A stretch of 61,357 nucleotides of DNA, filler included, from Sphacelaria rigidula (GCA_964200075.2; 7 parts of 7 records of this genome joined end to end with filler, not necessarily neighbours in it), one strand, 5' to 3'. Shown: positions 1 to 12,235, counted from the whole stretch's first letter. A program made the numbers and translations. Notes: generated by a model not told the origin, from the sequence alone.

Positions 1-116
1 AATGTTCTGATGATTTTGGCAAGCATGATAATGATTCCACCCCCCCCCCCCGCCCCCCCTCCATCCCCTCCCCAATCGTCGTACGCGTGTAAGCAAGGAC
101 AGAAGAGGTAGCGCAC

Positions 117-3100
117 CTTGATCAAAGCGGCAGAGGTCGAGGGCAGCGAGTCCAGCGCGGACTGTATGACCCGCGCTCCGATGGCATGCGTGGCCAGCTT
201 TACAGTCTGCCCCTTGAACGCTTTGGCCACGCGCTTTTGTTCGTCCTTACCCTTGCTCTCCTTGAACAGCCTGAGCACGATGAAGTGTGCGTACGTGAGC
301 TGGGACAGCTCTACAAGGTGGCTCTCTAGTTCCGCCAGTATGGACAGTCGTTCCTGTGGGTGAAGAGGGGGGATGAGTGGGGGCGTACCCATTTGTTGAT
401 TGGCCCAGTCGTTTGACGATTGACCACGGATCCCTTCCGAGACGGAGCAGGGGGGGAAGGCGGAGGCGTGGCCAGATTGTCTATGCGGTGTGCTCAAGCG
501 TCAAGTAAAACTACGGTTGCAGGATGCCTTCTGGCAAGAAAAAAATCCTTGTTGGAAGGGAGGAGAGCTACTATGATGACACCGACCACAGCTAAACTGC
601 CGGTCATTGATACGGCGCCTTCTCAATACTGTATCAGAAGGGTACGCCGGGTTTTCGTGGGCCCAGGCTAAACGGTAGCAAGGGTGATGCTGTTGCGATT
701 CTATAGTCGTACCCAATACCATATATGCGCCATTAACGATATTGATTGATTTGATTGTTGCACTTCAACTGACCCCCAGGGGTCCAGCTGTGGTCTCATG
801 ATGGACGTATCCAAGAAAAACGAGACTGAAACACGCTCTGAAGAAAAGAAGGAACAGGGGGAAAAAGTCGAACACAACGACATAGTAGACTAAGTCGTGA
901 CAAAAAAATAAATGAAAAAGTCAACACAACCAAATCACAAAAAGAAATGGCCGACCTAAAACAAAAAAAAAAGGAAAAGAAGAGGGAAAGTACAGAGCAA
1001 ATTAAATGAAATACTTAATCGTTTAATTATTTTTTCCTTTGTTCATTTTCCTTTCTTCTTCCTATTTTACTCCCAGATTCGTTGTGCCTGTCATACCGTA
1101 CCATACCCCGAACCAATTCGGGAGGAGTTTTTTGCCTGTCTGTTTTCTTCACGTATCTCTTGTTGCTTCATTTCGGGCAATTTTGATTTGTTTTCGGAGC
1201 CTCATAAGAAGCGATGAGCGCTCTATCTCATGCAAGGAGTAGCAGCGACGGAGCACGAAAGGTTAGCCCACATCTGCGACCACGAATTAAAGAAATCGGG
1301 AAAATATGTGGAAACAGCAACAACAGCAACGATAATAGGGAAACATAAAATAACAAAAACATTAAAAACTGGCCATGGAATGACCGAGTTGCGCCTGTGC
1401 CTGGTGCCTAGAAGCGCATTTGCTAAGATGATATCGTCAGATCCTACCCGTACACAAACTCAGTTATGCTAGTACTGCTAGCCACCGTCTTTGCGTTCCT
1501 GTGCTAAGTGATAGTGGCCGGGTTGACTGAGCATTCCACCGCACCCACAACACGAAACACACAGAAACGGCTTGACTATATCCCAAACTCTCACTCGAGG
1601 TATGTTCTGCTCATGAACCCCTGGAGAGGATTACGCAAGTGTTCGTTCAAGGGCATCGCACAAGTAATTACTACGGTAGGTCGGTCCACCTAAGCAGTGT
1701 TGATGAAAGGGGAGTGAGAAGGGGACACTTGATACTTTTTCGTTCGATGTCGAACACCCGCACGCGAGGGATACGCTTTGAATGGGAACATGCTACTATA
1801 GCGGTACACATACAGAAGCATCACGATTATTTCGGCACAAACTCCTGTGGTCCCGTTTTCATGAGACTCCACCCAGCAGCACTCATTTTCGATGGGCAAC
1901 GCGTTTCAGCTTGTACTTAGCAATCGCTCTCGAAAGCAGACGAGTGAGACACACAGACTCAAAAGTCTAGAAATATTCGCATTTTTTTTAGAAAAAAACT
2001 TGGTTGAAGGCTGCACGGTAATTCCTATACAACGAAGTAATTAACATGATTTTGGCATCTCCATGATCAAGACGCGAAGCCTTGTTCCAATCCGCTGTTC
2101 CGAAATAGCGGACCGATTCGGTGACAAGAAGCATCCCCGCATAATTCACCTGCTGCGAGCCGAACTGTATGGCAGTTTGTACCACCCTGCTGGCGTCGTG
2201 CTTCATAGAAATCGCCAGCACTTTACCCTTTATTATGTGGAGCAGTTCTTGCACCAGCTTTTTTCGCTGCTCCTGCGGCACCTGTGGCATTGCGCAGCGT
2301 CGCGCGGCCGATGAAACGTGGGCCAAATCATCGTTGGTGGGCGGCTACAGTTTTTTTTGTGTCGTTCACGGTTTCTGCGCAATCGTCACACGCTTTACCT
2401 ACGTCTTACACCAGTGGATATGGAGTCGAGTGCCTCATGCAGCATCATCCGTCGACACGTGACACACGAGATTCATCCCGAATGGGGGAAGGGGCTCTAC
2501 AGCGACAGAAGCAAGTATGTACATTTCTGTAATTCGAAGTGTAGTATATCCTGAAGAGTACTTGTGCTTTTGCGTGTACCGCAATCGTCTTCCGTTGCAC
2601 TGCTACAATACTGTACCGGTGCCAACTGTGTCCACTTGGCCACTACAACATAAACGAGACACTGTCCACGATAGCCCTCCTCCCCAAACCAGCCCAAAAG
2701 TGCCAATTAAAAAAATGGCCACATAGCGCCTGATGTTTGTGGTCAGGCTGCATAAAGCGCTTCATATTGGCGACATTGGCTAGTGCGAACCCAAGCGTGG
2801 GAATTCCCAGCTGCTCGTTGTGCTCGGCTTTTCCCATTTTGATTTACGTGGAGATTTTGCCCCCCCCAAACATGCACTTTTGGGGGGGGCTATCGTAGAA
2901 AGTGTCACGAGATGCTTCGTCTTCGATTTCCTCGAGGATTGCGGCGACTTTCGGGTGTCTTCGGAATGGAATATTCTCGAATCTTGGGCAGACGAGAGCA
3001 TGCGGGCAGCACAGCGCCCTGAGTCTTCAGGAAAGCGATACCCAGCATTTTGGGGGTGTTATACTCCGTCATCTACTCTGCATGGTTCGTCATGACAGTT

Positions 3101-4609
3101 CCGAATTTGCCAACATCCACCAGATTCTCCTGCCTGCGTAACATTCTCCAGGAAATTGCTGGGTGTCATCAAGACTGAACAGCTGCAATCTTATTGAATT
3201 TGAGCGACATGGAGGAGTAGATATAATAAAAAAATCCAAGGTTGTGCTCTGTAGGGTACCCTCCGGACCCGACACTTTCATACCGGTACCCGACAGTTCT
3301 GTTAGCCTCCCGTACCGTCATCGGGGGCACGGATATGCTCTTGATAAGATACCCGCTTGCGGGTACGGTTCCTTTGCAGCCTCCATACCCTGCACGGTAG
3401 TTTCTGTGAATTTTGCACACCTCCCACACCCTTACCCGTCAGTTCTGTGAGTTGTGTACATAATACATACCCGTAACCGGAGCGCCGGTATGCCCTTGAA
3501 GAAATGACCGATTGCCGGTACACTTTTCTCCAAGCATCTCATACCGTACCCCGACAAGTTTTGTAATTTCTGTAAGATCTAGGAGCAATTCCATACCGTA
3601 CGGAACACAATCTTGAAAAAATCTTCCTCCGGGAAAGACACAGGTCCCTCAAGTTTTGGTCACCGTTTGCAATTACTGGATTATTGATATATGCAGGGCG
3701 TAGCGTCCGTAGAGGACGGGATCCTCGAGTACAGTCAATGCAGTACACTTGTGGTACAACCAGCGAGCACAGCACGCGCAACCGTACAGTGCAAGCGCAG
3801 GCAGGCGGTTCACCAAACTTATCCAACAACCAGAGCAGCACACATGCACAGTGACTCAGACAGCCATAACACCAGCCGCCCGACACCAAGGCTAGTTCAA
3901 CACCAGAACATGATACTTTTGAAAGCTCGATTTTCTCGACGACCGTGGTATTTTTGACTTCAGGAGCGTGGTTCGCTGGTCCATCGGGATCTTTCTGCAT
4001 CTGATTAGTTTGGGAGTGTAGGAAGTTTCCACTGGAGAAAAACGAGAATTGACCCAAGTATCGCTGGGGGTGTTGTACACCGTACAACGGGGATGCGCTG
4101 CTGAGTACGGTGGGTTCAAGATCGGGCCCTACTGTACGTATGCTTGATGCTCTACACACCTTGCGCTCCCTCAACTTGTTCCAAATTTCCTTCGATCTCA
4201 GCACTGTATCAAACTCAGGACGATGCTGCTGTCTCTCCATCTTCAGCCTTCGCTTTTTGTTTGCAGGCAAGCCATCCTCCGCCCCCCCCCTCCCTCCATT
4301 ACCCCCCCCACCTTTGCCTTTGCCCCTACCTCCACCCGCTCCCCGCCCGCCAGCACCTTTATCAGAGGACCAGCTCCTCTGTGGTTTCGAGTTCTCATTA
4401 CCAGCAGTCGATGAAGCTTTACCACCGCCCCTGCCTCCTCCCCTACTCCCGCGGCCGCGTCCACGACCCCGCCCCGCCGCCTTTGCCCTCCCACCTCCGC
4501 CGGCGCTGCCGCTTGTGAAACTGACAGTCCCGCTGTGTCCGCCGGAGCTGCCACGGCCACCGCCGGCGCCGCCACGGCCTCGACCGCGATTTCCGCGGCC
4601 AGCATTCAT
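117..4609 (-). CDS. PUM3: Pumilio homolog 3 / Puf6-like nucleolar RNA-binding protein, 5' part (exons 4160-4609, 2150-2281, 117-353; continues off contig)
   Basis: Three phase-0 exons with GT/AG borders splice to a Gly/Arg-rich N-terminus, then ...SKEIWNKLRERK|VPQEQRKKLVQELLHIIKGKVLAISMKHDASRVVQTAIQFGSQQ|ERLSILAELESHLVELSQLTYAHFIVLRLF...FKGQTVKLATHAIGARVIQ. The KHDxxRVxQ and WxxLR motifs match PUM3/PUF-A/Puf6. Confidence 0.88.
379..449 (+). mobile_element. G-tract-associated repeat, type A end
   Basis: Diverged match to GGGGTACTCATTTGTTGCTTGCCTTAGTCGTTTGACCATTGACCACGCATCCCTTTCGAGACGGAGCAC, a unit that recurs 8 times in the window. Confidence 0.8.
2674..2832 (-). repeat. Interspersed repeat family C (other copies 8938-9097 and 35185-35338)
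   Basis: Three alignable ~155-bp copies in three different contigs, all ending at a similar ...TTGGGG(G)AGG terminus. Confidence 0.65.
3250..3620. repeat. ACCGT/GTACC-motif-rich segment, probable MITE-like remnant
   Basis: Dense, irregularly spaced TACCG/TACCC/CGGTA motifs in both orientations inside PUM3 intron 1. Termini were not resolved. Confidence 0.4.
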
Positions 4610-5245
4610 CGCTAAAGGGGTGACAAGGGGCTAGAGTCCTCCGTCGTGTGGTGATGCAAGCTGCACCTGGGTGGGGTGAGTGGGCACGGGAGCAGCTGGG
4701 CTGTCGTGGATATGACCTAGGACGATGATATCAGGGGATCGGGGTCACGGTGAATGTGCGTTACAGCAATGAACTCCTCGCTGGATGAAGATGTGAACAG
4801 GGGAAAATAGTCCGTGGAAGCCAAGTAGTAACGGGTAATCCGTTGAGCTCGGAGCTAGCACGTCATATGTGCTGCTGGCGGAGCAGGTGCCATTGATACG
4901 GCGATAACCATGACTTCGTATGCTATTGCCATTTTCCATCAAAAATAGGGTGGTAGAGACTGACATGGAGGTGTATTCAATACGCAACGTGAAGTCAATG
5001 ATGAAAGATCTCGCTGTCTTGTAATCTTGATATTTTTTGTTGATATCGCAAAGTACATTGTGGTTTTGTAGTAGAGTCAACCTCTATATACTCCATGGAA
5101 AATAGTATATAGGATCTGCAAAGCATCAATAGATGATGGCAAAAACACTCTGTGCACAATTGTAGTATATGTGGCCTCGCCGCGTCGGCTTTTGCTCAGA
5201 CCAAACGACCTCCGCTCTCCTCGCATCTGAATCCCTGAAGGCATC
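4610..5245. promoter_or_regulatory. Putative bidirectional promoter/5'UTR region between divergent PUM3 and RPSA
   Basis: The start codons at 4609 (-) and 5246 (+) are separated by only 636 bp. Transcription start sites were not determined. Confidence 0.55.
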
Positions 5246-8200
5246 ATGGCTTCCTCTTCTCTTCCCGCATGTCTCCAGGCCCAGTGAGTGCTGATGTCCG
5301 GGAGTTACATTTTCTTCAATGATTGAGCGGTATTCTGATTTTGCAAGTCGTGCAATCGATGGACGGACGGCTATGCTTCACGTCGATCCACCTGGGTTCA
5401 AAATTACTTCAAAATAATAAGATGTCCTCAACACACGTTTTATGGTGCCGGTGCCGTTCACTCGGTTGACTTGGAGTGCTGATCAATCCTGCAGCCCATT
5501 GTCATCTAGAGCATGCCTGTGGTTTGCGCTAAGTGGATGGCGTTGTGTGTTACCCAAATAACGCAGTTCATTTCGCTTGATTGTTGCCATTTGGTGTCGG
5601 TATGTCGGTTCAAATCCAGGACTCGCGTCTGCCTCCAACTACAACAGTCAGCATATACAATACACGCAACACGGAGCAAAGTACAGACTGTAGCAAAGTA
5701 CAGACAGGGCGCCGATGCTGGTGCGCAGCGCTCAACTCGTGCCTTGTTTGAGATCGGGTGTTGGAGTGTCTGGTGTTGAGTGTTAGTTCGCCCTGCTGAC
5801 TGTTGACGTCACTTTGCCTGGACTTTGCCTCGTTTTTGAGAGCATACGCAACATAGTTGCCACTCTTGTCGGTACTAATTCCGTTGGAGCACACTGCTGT
5901 CGTTCAGCGTCCGTGCTGCTTCCGTCCGGTTTGGTAACATCTTCGATATGACTTGCACATACACGCACCCGGAGCCACATCGCGCTATAGTTGACTGTTG
6001 AATACAGAAGTGTCCTGCCCTAGAATCGAGGTTCGTAAACTGACCGCAAGAGCAGGCAATCTTTCGAGTTGGTACTGTTTTTTCTTGATGAATGACTCCA
6101 TGAAGATGACCCACTCTGGCGGCGAACGAGACAGCTGATCACGTGCCGTTACGGTGTTGGCATCTTTCGCCCGACCCTGTGGGCGATCTAGCTATAACAG
6201 TATCGTGTTTCCACATCACGATATTTGTATGGACAGTTGTACAGTTCGTGATTCGGCATCGTAACAGAACTCTCAATCAGCGCCTTGCAACGAACGCGCC
6301 CGCGGCACAGTCGCCTCGATATGCTGTGATGATGTTTTTTTTCGTGAATTCCGAGGGTCGTGATGCCAGCATTTCACGACATGCAGCGTTCAGTATGAAA
6401 GCGGTGTCTACGGAGGCGTTCATGAAATGTGATGAGGGAAGTACGTGCAGAAAAATGATACATATATACGTATTTTTATATGCGGTAGTACGCGTTCTGC
6501 GCCGTCTCTCAGCCACAGTACCGTTGCCAATTAGTGAAGCTGGCCATCGCAGCGAACTTGCTGCAAGTGCCACAGTCGCGAGTTCAGATAGTGTCACCAA
6601 CAACTATTGGACTTGAACTTACAGCGGCCTACTGGTTCAAGGTAGAAACGGAGAGAAGCTAGCGCACTTCGCAGAGGATCGATCCTCTTTCCCACCCCCC
6701 GGCCCGTCGCTCAAGAGAGGGTGGAACCAGGGTGCAAAAAGTGGATAGGTGACTGTGTGGAGTAGCACTACCGAAACAGTACAGAGAGAGGTGAAAAGCT
6801 CCGCAGGGGGTAGCAATGAGGCCGCTTCTTATATAGACTGTAAAAACTCTCTCTGAGAACTGCCCTTTGGAACCTTGTATCGCGGATTATTAGCGGAATA
6901 CGGGCCTTGGAATTCACCTCGGAAAGATTGGCGATGTTTCGTACGAGGATTTCAGCGCACATTTCCGATTGTTTGGACGCCCAGTTTTACTCTCGACCAG
7001 ATCCTGAATTTCTACAGTCGTCCCTAGAATCGTGCAGTTGTTGGAAAAAAGGCGTACTCTCCCCCGACATATCAATTTTTTTCGGGCGACTGAAGAAATC
7101 CAAAATGCAGCCAAGAATAGAGTTGGGCGTACGAGAGTTCGGGCAAGCGTGCTGGAATCCTCGTGAAAAATACAGCACATCTTTCCGACGAGGCCCAACC
7201 CGCCAAGGTCCGTATTCCGCCAATAAATTGTCATGGAAGGTTCCAAAGGGCAGGTCTCAGAGAGACTTTCTTCAGTCCACGAGAAGCGGCCCAACATAAC
7301 CGCCAGTGTCGATTTTCGGGTTACAGCCCCCTGATTGATAATATGTGGCGGTTAATGGGTTGATGGATGAAACAGCCACGGTGCATACCACATCGAACTC
7401 GATTTGTTTGGTTGCAGGTTTTTTAATTCGCGGTGATTCTCGTGGGACACTGCCGTATGTAACAAACGGGATAACACATGATACCAGAGTTCTTGAACCG
7501 AAGCAAAGAGTGTGTTTTCTTGCAGTCAAACTGACGTACGTCCAGGGCATATTATAAAATGTTCCGACTGTACTCCCATGGTGTCAACCAATTGTTGATG
7601 ATTCAAGGATCATCACCTGGTGCTCGCGTAGGCAGTGCAGGCGTCCGAACAGCTGTCGAGAGGCAATATGTAAAGGTCGGTAAACTGCACAACAACACAG
7701 GTAGAAGCGACGAATGAGAATCTTGTGAAGATGGTGTCGCTAAAAAAAGTATAGCCAACAAGTCACAATTTTGTATTCTCCCGTGCTGGCATAATCTGTT
7801 CCGATTGAATTCGACGTCACGGTCGACGAGGGAAAGGGAATGCTGTACCCCTCTGTCGATAAATTCAAAAGAACAAGGGAAGCACCGCAGCAGGAAGGTG
7901 GAGAACTAAAAAGAAAGCTCCTGTGTTGGCTTTCCTCCTGTGTGATCCCGGCTCATGCGCCCATATATACCCAAAGGTGTAGACTGGCGTCCACAACAGA
8001 TGGGACGACAACACAGACACATACACCGCAAATACAGACGTTGCTCAGCCGAGGCTCGACGCACCCCCACCACCTGCTGTGCAACCATAGCATACACAGC
8101 TTGTACACAAGCCGGGAATAGCCGTCCATGCACGTGCTGCACAGTATAGTACCTACTATCGTCATGATCCATTTGATCAGGAGGGTACCTACCCATCCAG

Positions 8201-8523
8201 AATGTGGTACCCCCCCCACCCGTCGCCCAGAATGAGGTTTTCGGGATTGGGGGCGGTGAATATCATATTCCAGTCTGTGGGGCCCCTTGTGACGCCAGCT
8301 GTCGCGCCCACATAAACCGAAAGCTGGAGACTGACGTGTAGAACAGATTGAATGACGACACACGCATACGAACCACATTTTTGATGCTGACACCACAGAA
8401 ATATTGCTTGATGTTATCCTCTACAGGGAGGAAGACATCCAAAAGATGCTGGCTGCCCAGGTGCACATCGGCACCCGCAACAGCGACTCACAGATGCAGG
8501 ACTACATCTGGCGCCGCCGCCAG
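5246..8523 (+). CDS. RPSA: 40S ribosomal protein SA (uS2), first two exons (5246-5283, 8427-8523); partial
   Basis: ATG...GCC CA|gtgagt and ctacag|G GAG GAA splice in phase to [45 protein letters not shown], the uS2 N-terminal motif. Confidence 0.93.
6820..7291. mobile_element. Fold-back/MITE-like element with ~90-bp imperfect inverted arms
   Basis: 6820-6910 (TCTCTCTGAGAACTGCCCTTTGGAACCTT...GCGGAATACGGGCCTTGG) is an imperfect reverse complement of 7203-7291. Confidence 0.7.
7790..8025 (+). mobile_element. SINE family 1, 5'-truncated copy
   Basis: Aligns to the body and the GATGGGACGACAACAC(AC)n tail of the full copy at 56052-56410. Confidence 0.7.
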
Positions 8524-8611
8524 GTGATTTATGTTCGTTCGTTGACCTCAGCAGTTGTGCGTTACATCTTGTCCTTTCTCTTGTGTCTTGACCAAGCACC
8601 CACGGCTGTGC

Positions 8612-8681
8612 AGGGTGTGTGTTGTCGTCCCATTTATTCTGGGCGCCAGTCTACCCCTTTCGAGATATGTGGGCGCATCAG
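8612..8681 (-). mobile_element. SINE family 1, 3' end (cut by contig end)
   Basis: GTGTGTGTTGTCGTCCCATTTATTCTG... is the reverse complement of the family tail. Confidence 0.7.
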
Positions 8682-8781
8682 NNNNNNNNNNNNNNNNNNN
8701 NNNNNNNNNNNNNNNNNNNNNNNNNTTAATTAATTAANNNNNNNNNNNNNNNNNNNNNNNNNNNNNNNNNNNNNNNNNNNN
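8682..8781. other. Artificial contig linker
   Basis: 44 N + TTAATTAATTAA (stops in all six frames) + 44 N. Confidence 0.99.
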
Positions 8782-9907
8782 GGGTTCTCATCCTCAATCA
8801 AAAGCACCATCCTCAACATAGATGATTGGCTGTTAAAAGTTGACCGGAACAGAGTATTTTTGGGGGTAGCCGAATGACCGCATGTGTATTGTTCCAATAT
8901 ATGAGCGAAAATTCTGCATGCCGATCAAAATTACAAAAAAAGCTGAACACATCGGTCAACTGGGAACTCCTACAATCGGGATCGTTTTTGCCAACGCGTC
9001 GCCGTTGTGAGGTGCTTCATGCGCCTTGGGAAACAGCTATAATACGCTGAACGGTCATTTTGTTCGTCATAGTTTTGGAACTGGTTGGGGGAGGGGGGCA
9101 GGCATCGCGGCATTACGCAAATTCTGTTCTGTGTTTCCTCTGAGGGAGCGGAAGTGTTCGTTGGTCGTTGTGGGCAAGCAAGCTACCTTGCTCGCCCCTT
9201 TTTGGCCTCTTTTTTCGACTCAACAAGTCACGGCCGTTCATATATATATATATATATATATATATTATGTATGTCGAAAAAAACAGTAAGCTTCGAATGA
9301 ATAACAACCAACATATATTATTGCGCTTCAAAGGTAATCGCCTCCAAATCCCCCAAAAGTCGCTACGTGCAGTACCTGGTATTGCTTGTTTGGCTTCTCG
9401 TGGTGTCCATAATCACTTCATGTATTTCACCCCACGATTACTTCGTGTTTGTTCCGCTACTGCTACGAGAACTGTTTTGTACAGTGCCAGCGACCTGTAG
9501 GGCGAATTGTATGGACCTGGTTGAGCTGGGTGCCAAAGCGTACTCCGTAACTTGCGCCTTTTGTGTCCTGCTCCGTTTTGGCAGCTTGTTGTTGTACCGT
9601 TTGCCAGCGGTCATGCGGTGTGTCGATCACTCCTCAGAGGTCTCGAGTCTTCAGGCCGCAGAAGAAGTTAAGAAAAGTAGTATGCGCGGGCTCTTGCGTC
9701 TCCAGGCCGTAGAACGAGGTGAATAGAAGCGTGGCCTCTTGCGTTTCCAGCCCGTACGAGCTGGGCCAGCTGAGAAGCAAGTTTGCAGTTTGCAGGCCCA
9801 TTGTACGGCAAATATTTAGAGTTGGACCCTGACATTTGGTGTGGACAATGAAGAGGGCGTAATAAAAACAGATACCAGGGCCCAAAAGTTTTTATTTTTT
9901 TCATGAA

Positions 9908-10065
9908 CTACTGATATCCCTGAGTCGGATATTGACGTGTAGCTGTAAGCACACACCAGTGATGGAGGCAAAGAAAAGCACACACGGAATGAAAAATTGG
10001 CCACCTTGAAGCGAATGATCAAAGCCACTCTCAATCAGCGCTCTACTCCCAATCTCACGAAAACT
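9908..10065 (+). repeat. Interspersed repeat shared with 38930-39092
   Basis: ATCCCTGAGT.GGATAT.GACGTGTAGCTGTAAGCACAC...CAATCTCACGAAAAC occurs in contigs 2 and 5. Confidence 0.75.
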
Positions 10066-12235
10066 TCGTTGGACGCAAAAAAAATGTGAAGAGGGTGTAG
10101 ACGCCTTGCATCATCACTATAGAGCCAAGCGAACACACGTGATGGCGATATTCCCTGCTTGGGATTTGGGGGTGCTGTGGCGAAATTGCTGTACTTCGTT
10201 ACCCAGAGTTGATAGTGATGATCTGGATAATGACCGGGGACACGGGGATGATACCCTGGTGTGTCTAGGAGGCTGTGCCTGGAAGGGCACTCCGGATAAC
10301 GAGATGTTGTAAAGGCTGACAACTGAAACTAAGTTCAGTGAGACTGGGGAGTCCCTCAACAGCAGTGATCCACCAGTTCGTCTTCTGCCTGGCGTCACAG
10401 AAGCCAATAGTAGTGTCAACCGTATCCCAAAACAGAATAATCCGACCAAAAGAAATTTAAGTCCCAGAAGAGAGTGCTTTATATACCTCCTTGTGTAGCA
10501 ACTTGTAAAAAAAAGCGTGCCGCAGGCACGTACGTGGCGCATTACAAATATTTTCATCAAGCAAATGCGTTCCACCCTTTCCGACGGGTGCCGAATCTCA
10601 GTTCCGGAACCACACCCAAAACCTTTCTACAAAACGCAAAACTTGTTTTCCTGGGGAAGTTCTCTTTCCGATCGGGGGGTACTCGGACTACAGTACATCC
10701 AAGCGATTGAGCTGTCAGACGTCGTCAGACTTTTGAAAATGAATTTGGTTCACGTCTTGGATCTATGTTGCTGGAGTCTAAGCAAGAATTTTTACGAATT
10801 GCGAGACTTCCGGACGAGTTGATCGCGAGTCAGAAAGCACGTACTGGTGTGATTACACAAATACCCGTGAGGTGGCTGAGCTCTGGGGTTTACTGGAGAC
10901 CGCACCACCCATAGGGGGGGTGCACAAACAGATCAATTCACGAAATCAGCTGCTCGTGTGAGTTGGAGCACTCCTGCAGCTAATGAGCGACTTGCGAAAC
11001 TCTTTATATTTCACAGTTTGTGCGTTGAACTAAAGTATGGAAAGTTTCTTTGTGGCCAAAAAAGGTAGGGGGGAGTGCCTGGAGGGAGAGATGTGGCATC
11101 CCTCGCCGTTCCTGCTAAAGCGTACGATCACCGACCAATTCGCCACATGACCTATGAATTTTGAAACGCGCAATGAAGCGTACCAAATCAAAAACTCAGA
11201 ACAAACGAAAAAAAAGTTGACACGTGCTAGGTCTGGAATTTTCTTTCTCTTTTCTTGCGCCGAAATAACCGTGTATGATGAAGAAGGAAAACGGTGCTGG
11301 CATCGCCGTGAGTACGTTCATACTGCTCAGTGCCGCGGGAGTCGTTGATGCACAGGTCGACGCGTAGCCGGCACGACCGAAGACCCAACCCCCGACGGGC
11401 GTGACTGTAAACCAATTACCCTTAACATTGGCAAGGCAAGAACACTCAGAAACGTCAAATTACCTCGACCACAAATCCGATACAACCACTGCTTCACGAG
11501 GCGTGCGCACGGCAAACAACCGCGCTCAACCCAGCCACATCGAGATATACAACGCCTCAAGTACAGCACGACTACTTGACGTTTGTCAAGCCCATCAAGC
11601 ACGAGTCACAGACCAAAAAGTAGTGCAAATATTATCGAAACACCCAATGTTTCTAGTGAAAGTACAGACGCGAAACAAAATGAAACAAGTTGTGTTCATA
11701 AATGACCCATTCCGCTCCCCCCCCCCCCCCCCCATCCACCTATCGAACGCCAGCTTTCACATTTTCAACTATAACCCTTCAACACAGTAATGGACCTGGG
11801 AAATTTTGACACAATCCTTTGGTGGGGTTTAATAAAGAAAGAAAAATGGGCTCAAAACGGAAGTTGGGTCAATAATCCGCTGTCGCCAGAAGCGCTAAAA
11901 GGCCACAAAGATAGTACAATACTCCCGTCAACAAATCAACGCGACAGTGACACAAAGACCGGTTTCACAAAAGAAGAAACCCGGACTGTAATATTCACAA
12001 GTGAAAAGGAGGAATCGCCTGTAATAACCCGCGTATTGAGTATCTCGCAAAAAACCAAGATCAACCTGCCCAACAATTGCAGAAACTGACCACGTTTCGG
12101 GCTCTATTTGCGACCCCCTCCCTCCCCCCACCCCAGCTCATCACCCCAACCCGGCCCGAACAAAATTCTATCAAACGGCTCCTCATGCCGAGCGAAAAAT
12201 ATCTTGTGTGGGTTAGTGATAGCCTTTGTTTTGTT

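Noticed and set aside
3539..4159. C-terminal 206 codons of the 356-aa ORF
   Set aside because: Read-through into PUM3 intron 1; homology stops at the AAG|GTGTGT donor.
4110..4634. Pro-rich 174-aa plus-strand ORF
   Set aside because: Antisense shadow of the Gly/Arg-rich PUM3 exon.
5990..6070. IACSCGQF, possible SWIM finger of a MULE transposase
   Set aside because: The second CxH half is absent and no other transposase motif was recognised.
6085..6138. TGATGA...CTGA snoRNA candidate in RPSA intron 1
   Set aside because: Only ~55 nt, with no terminal stem and no antisense guide recognised.
8726..8737. Recurrent TTAATTAATTAA as a biological repeat or CRISPR-like array
   Set aside because: Always embedded in N44 pads at ~8.78-kb spacing; a synthetic linker.
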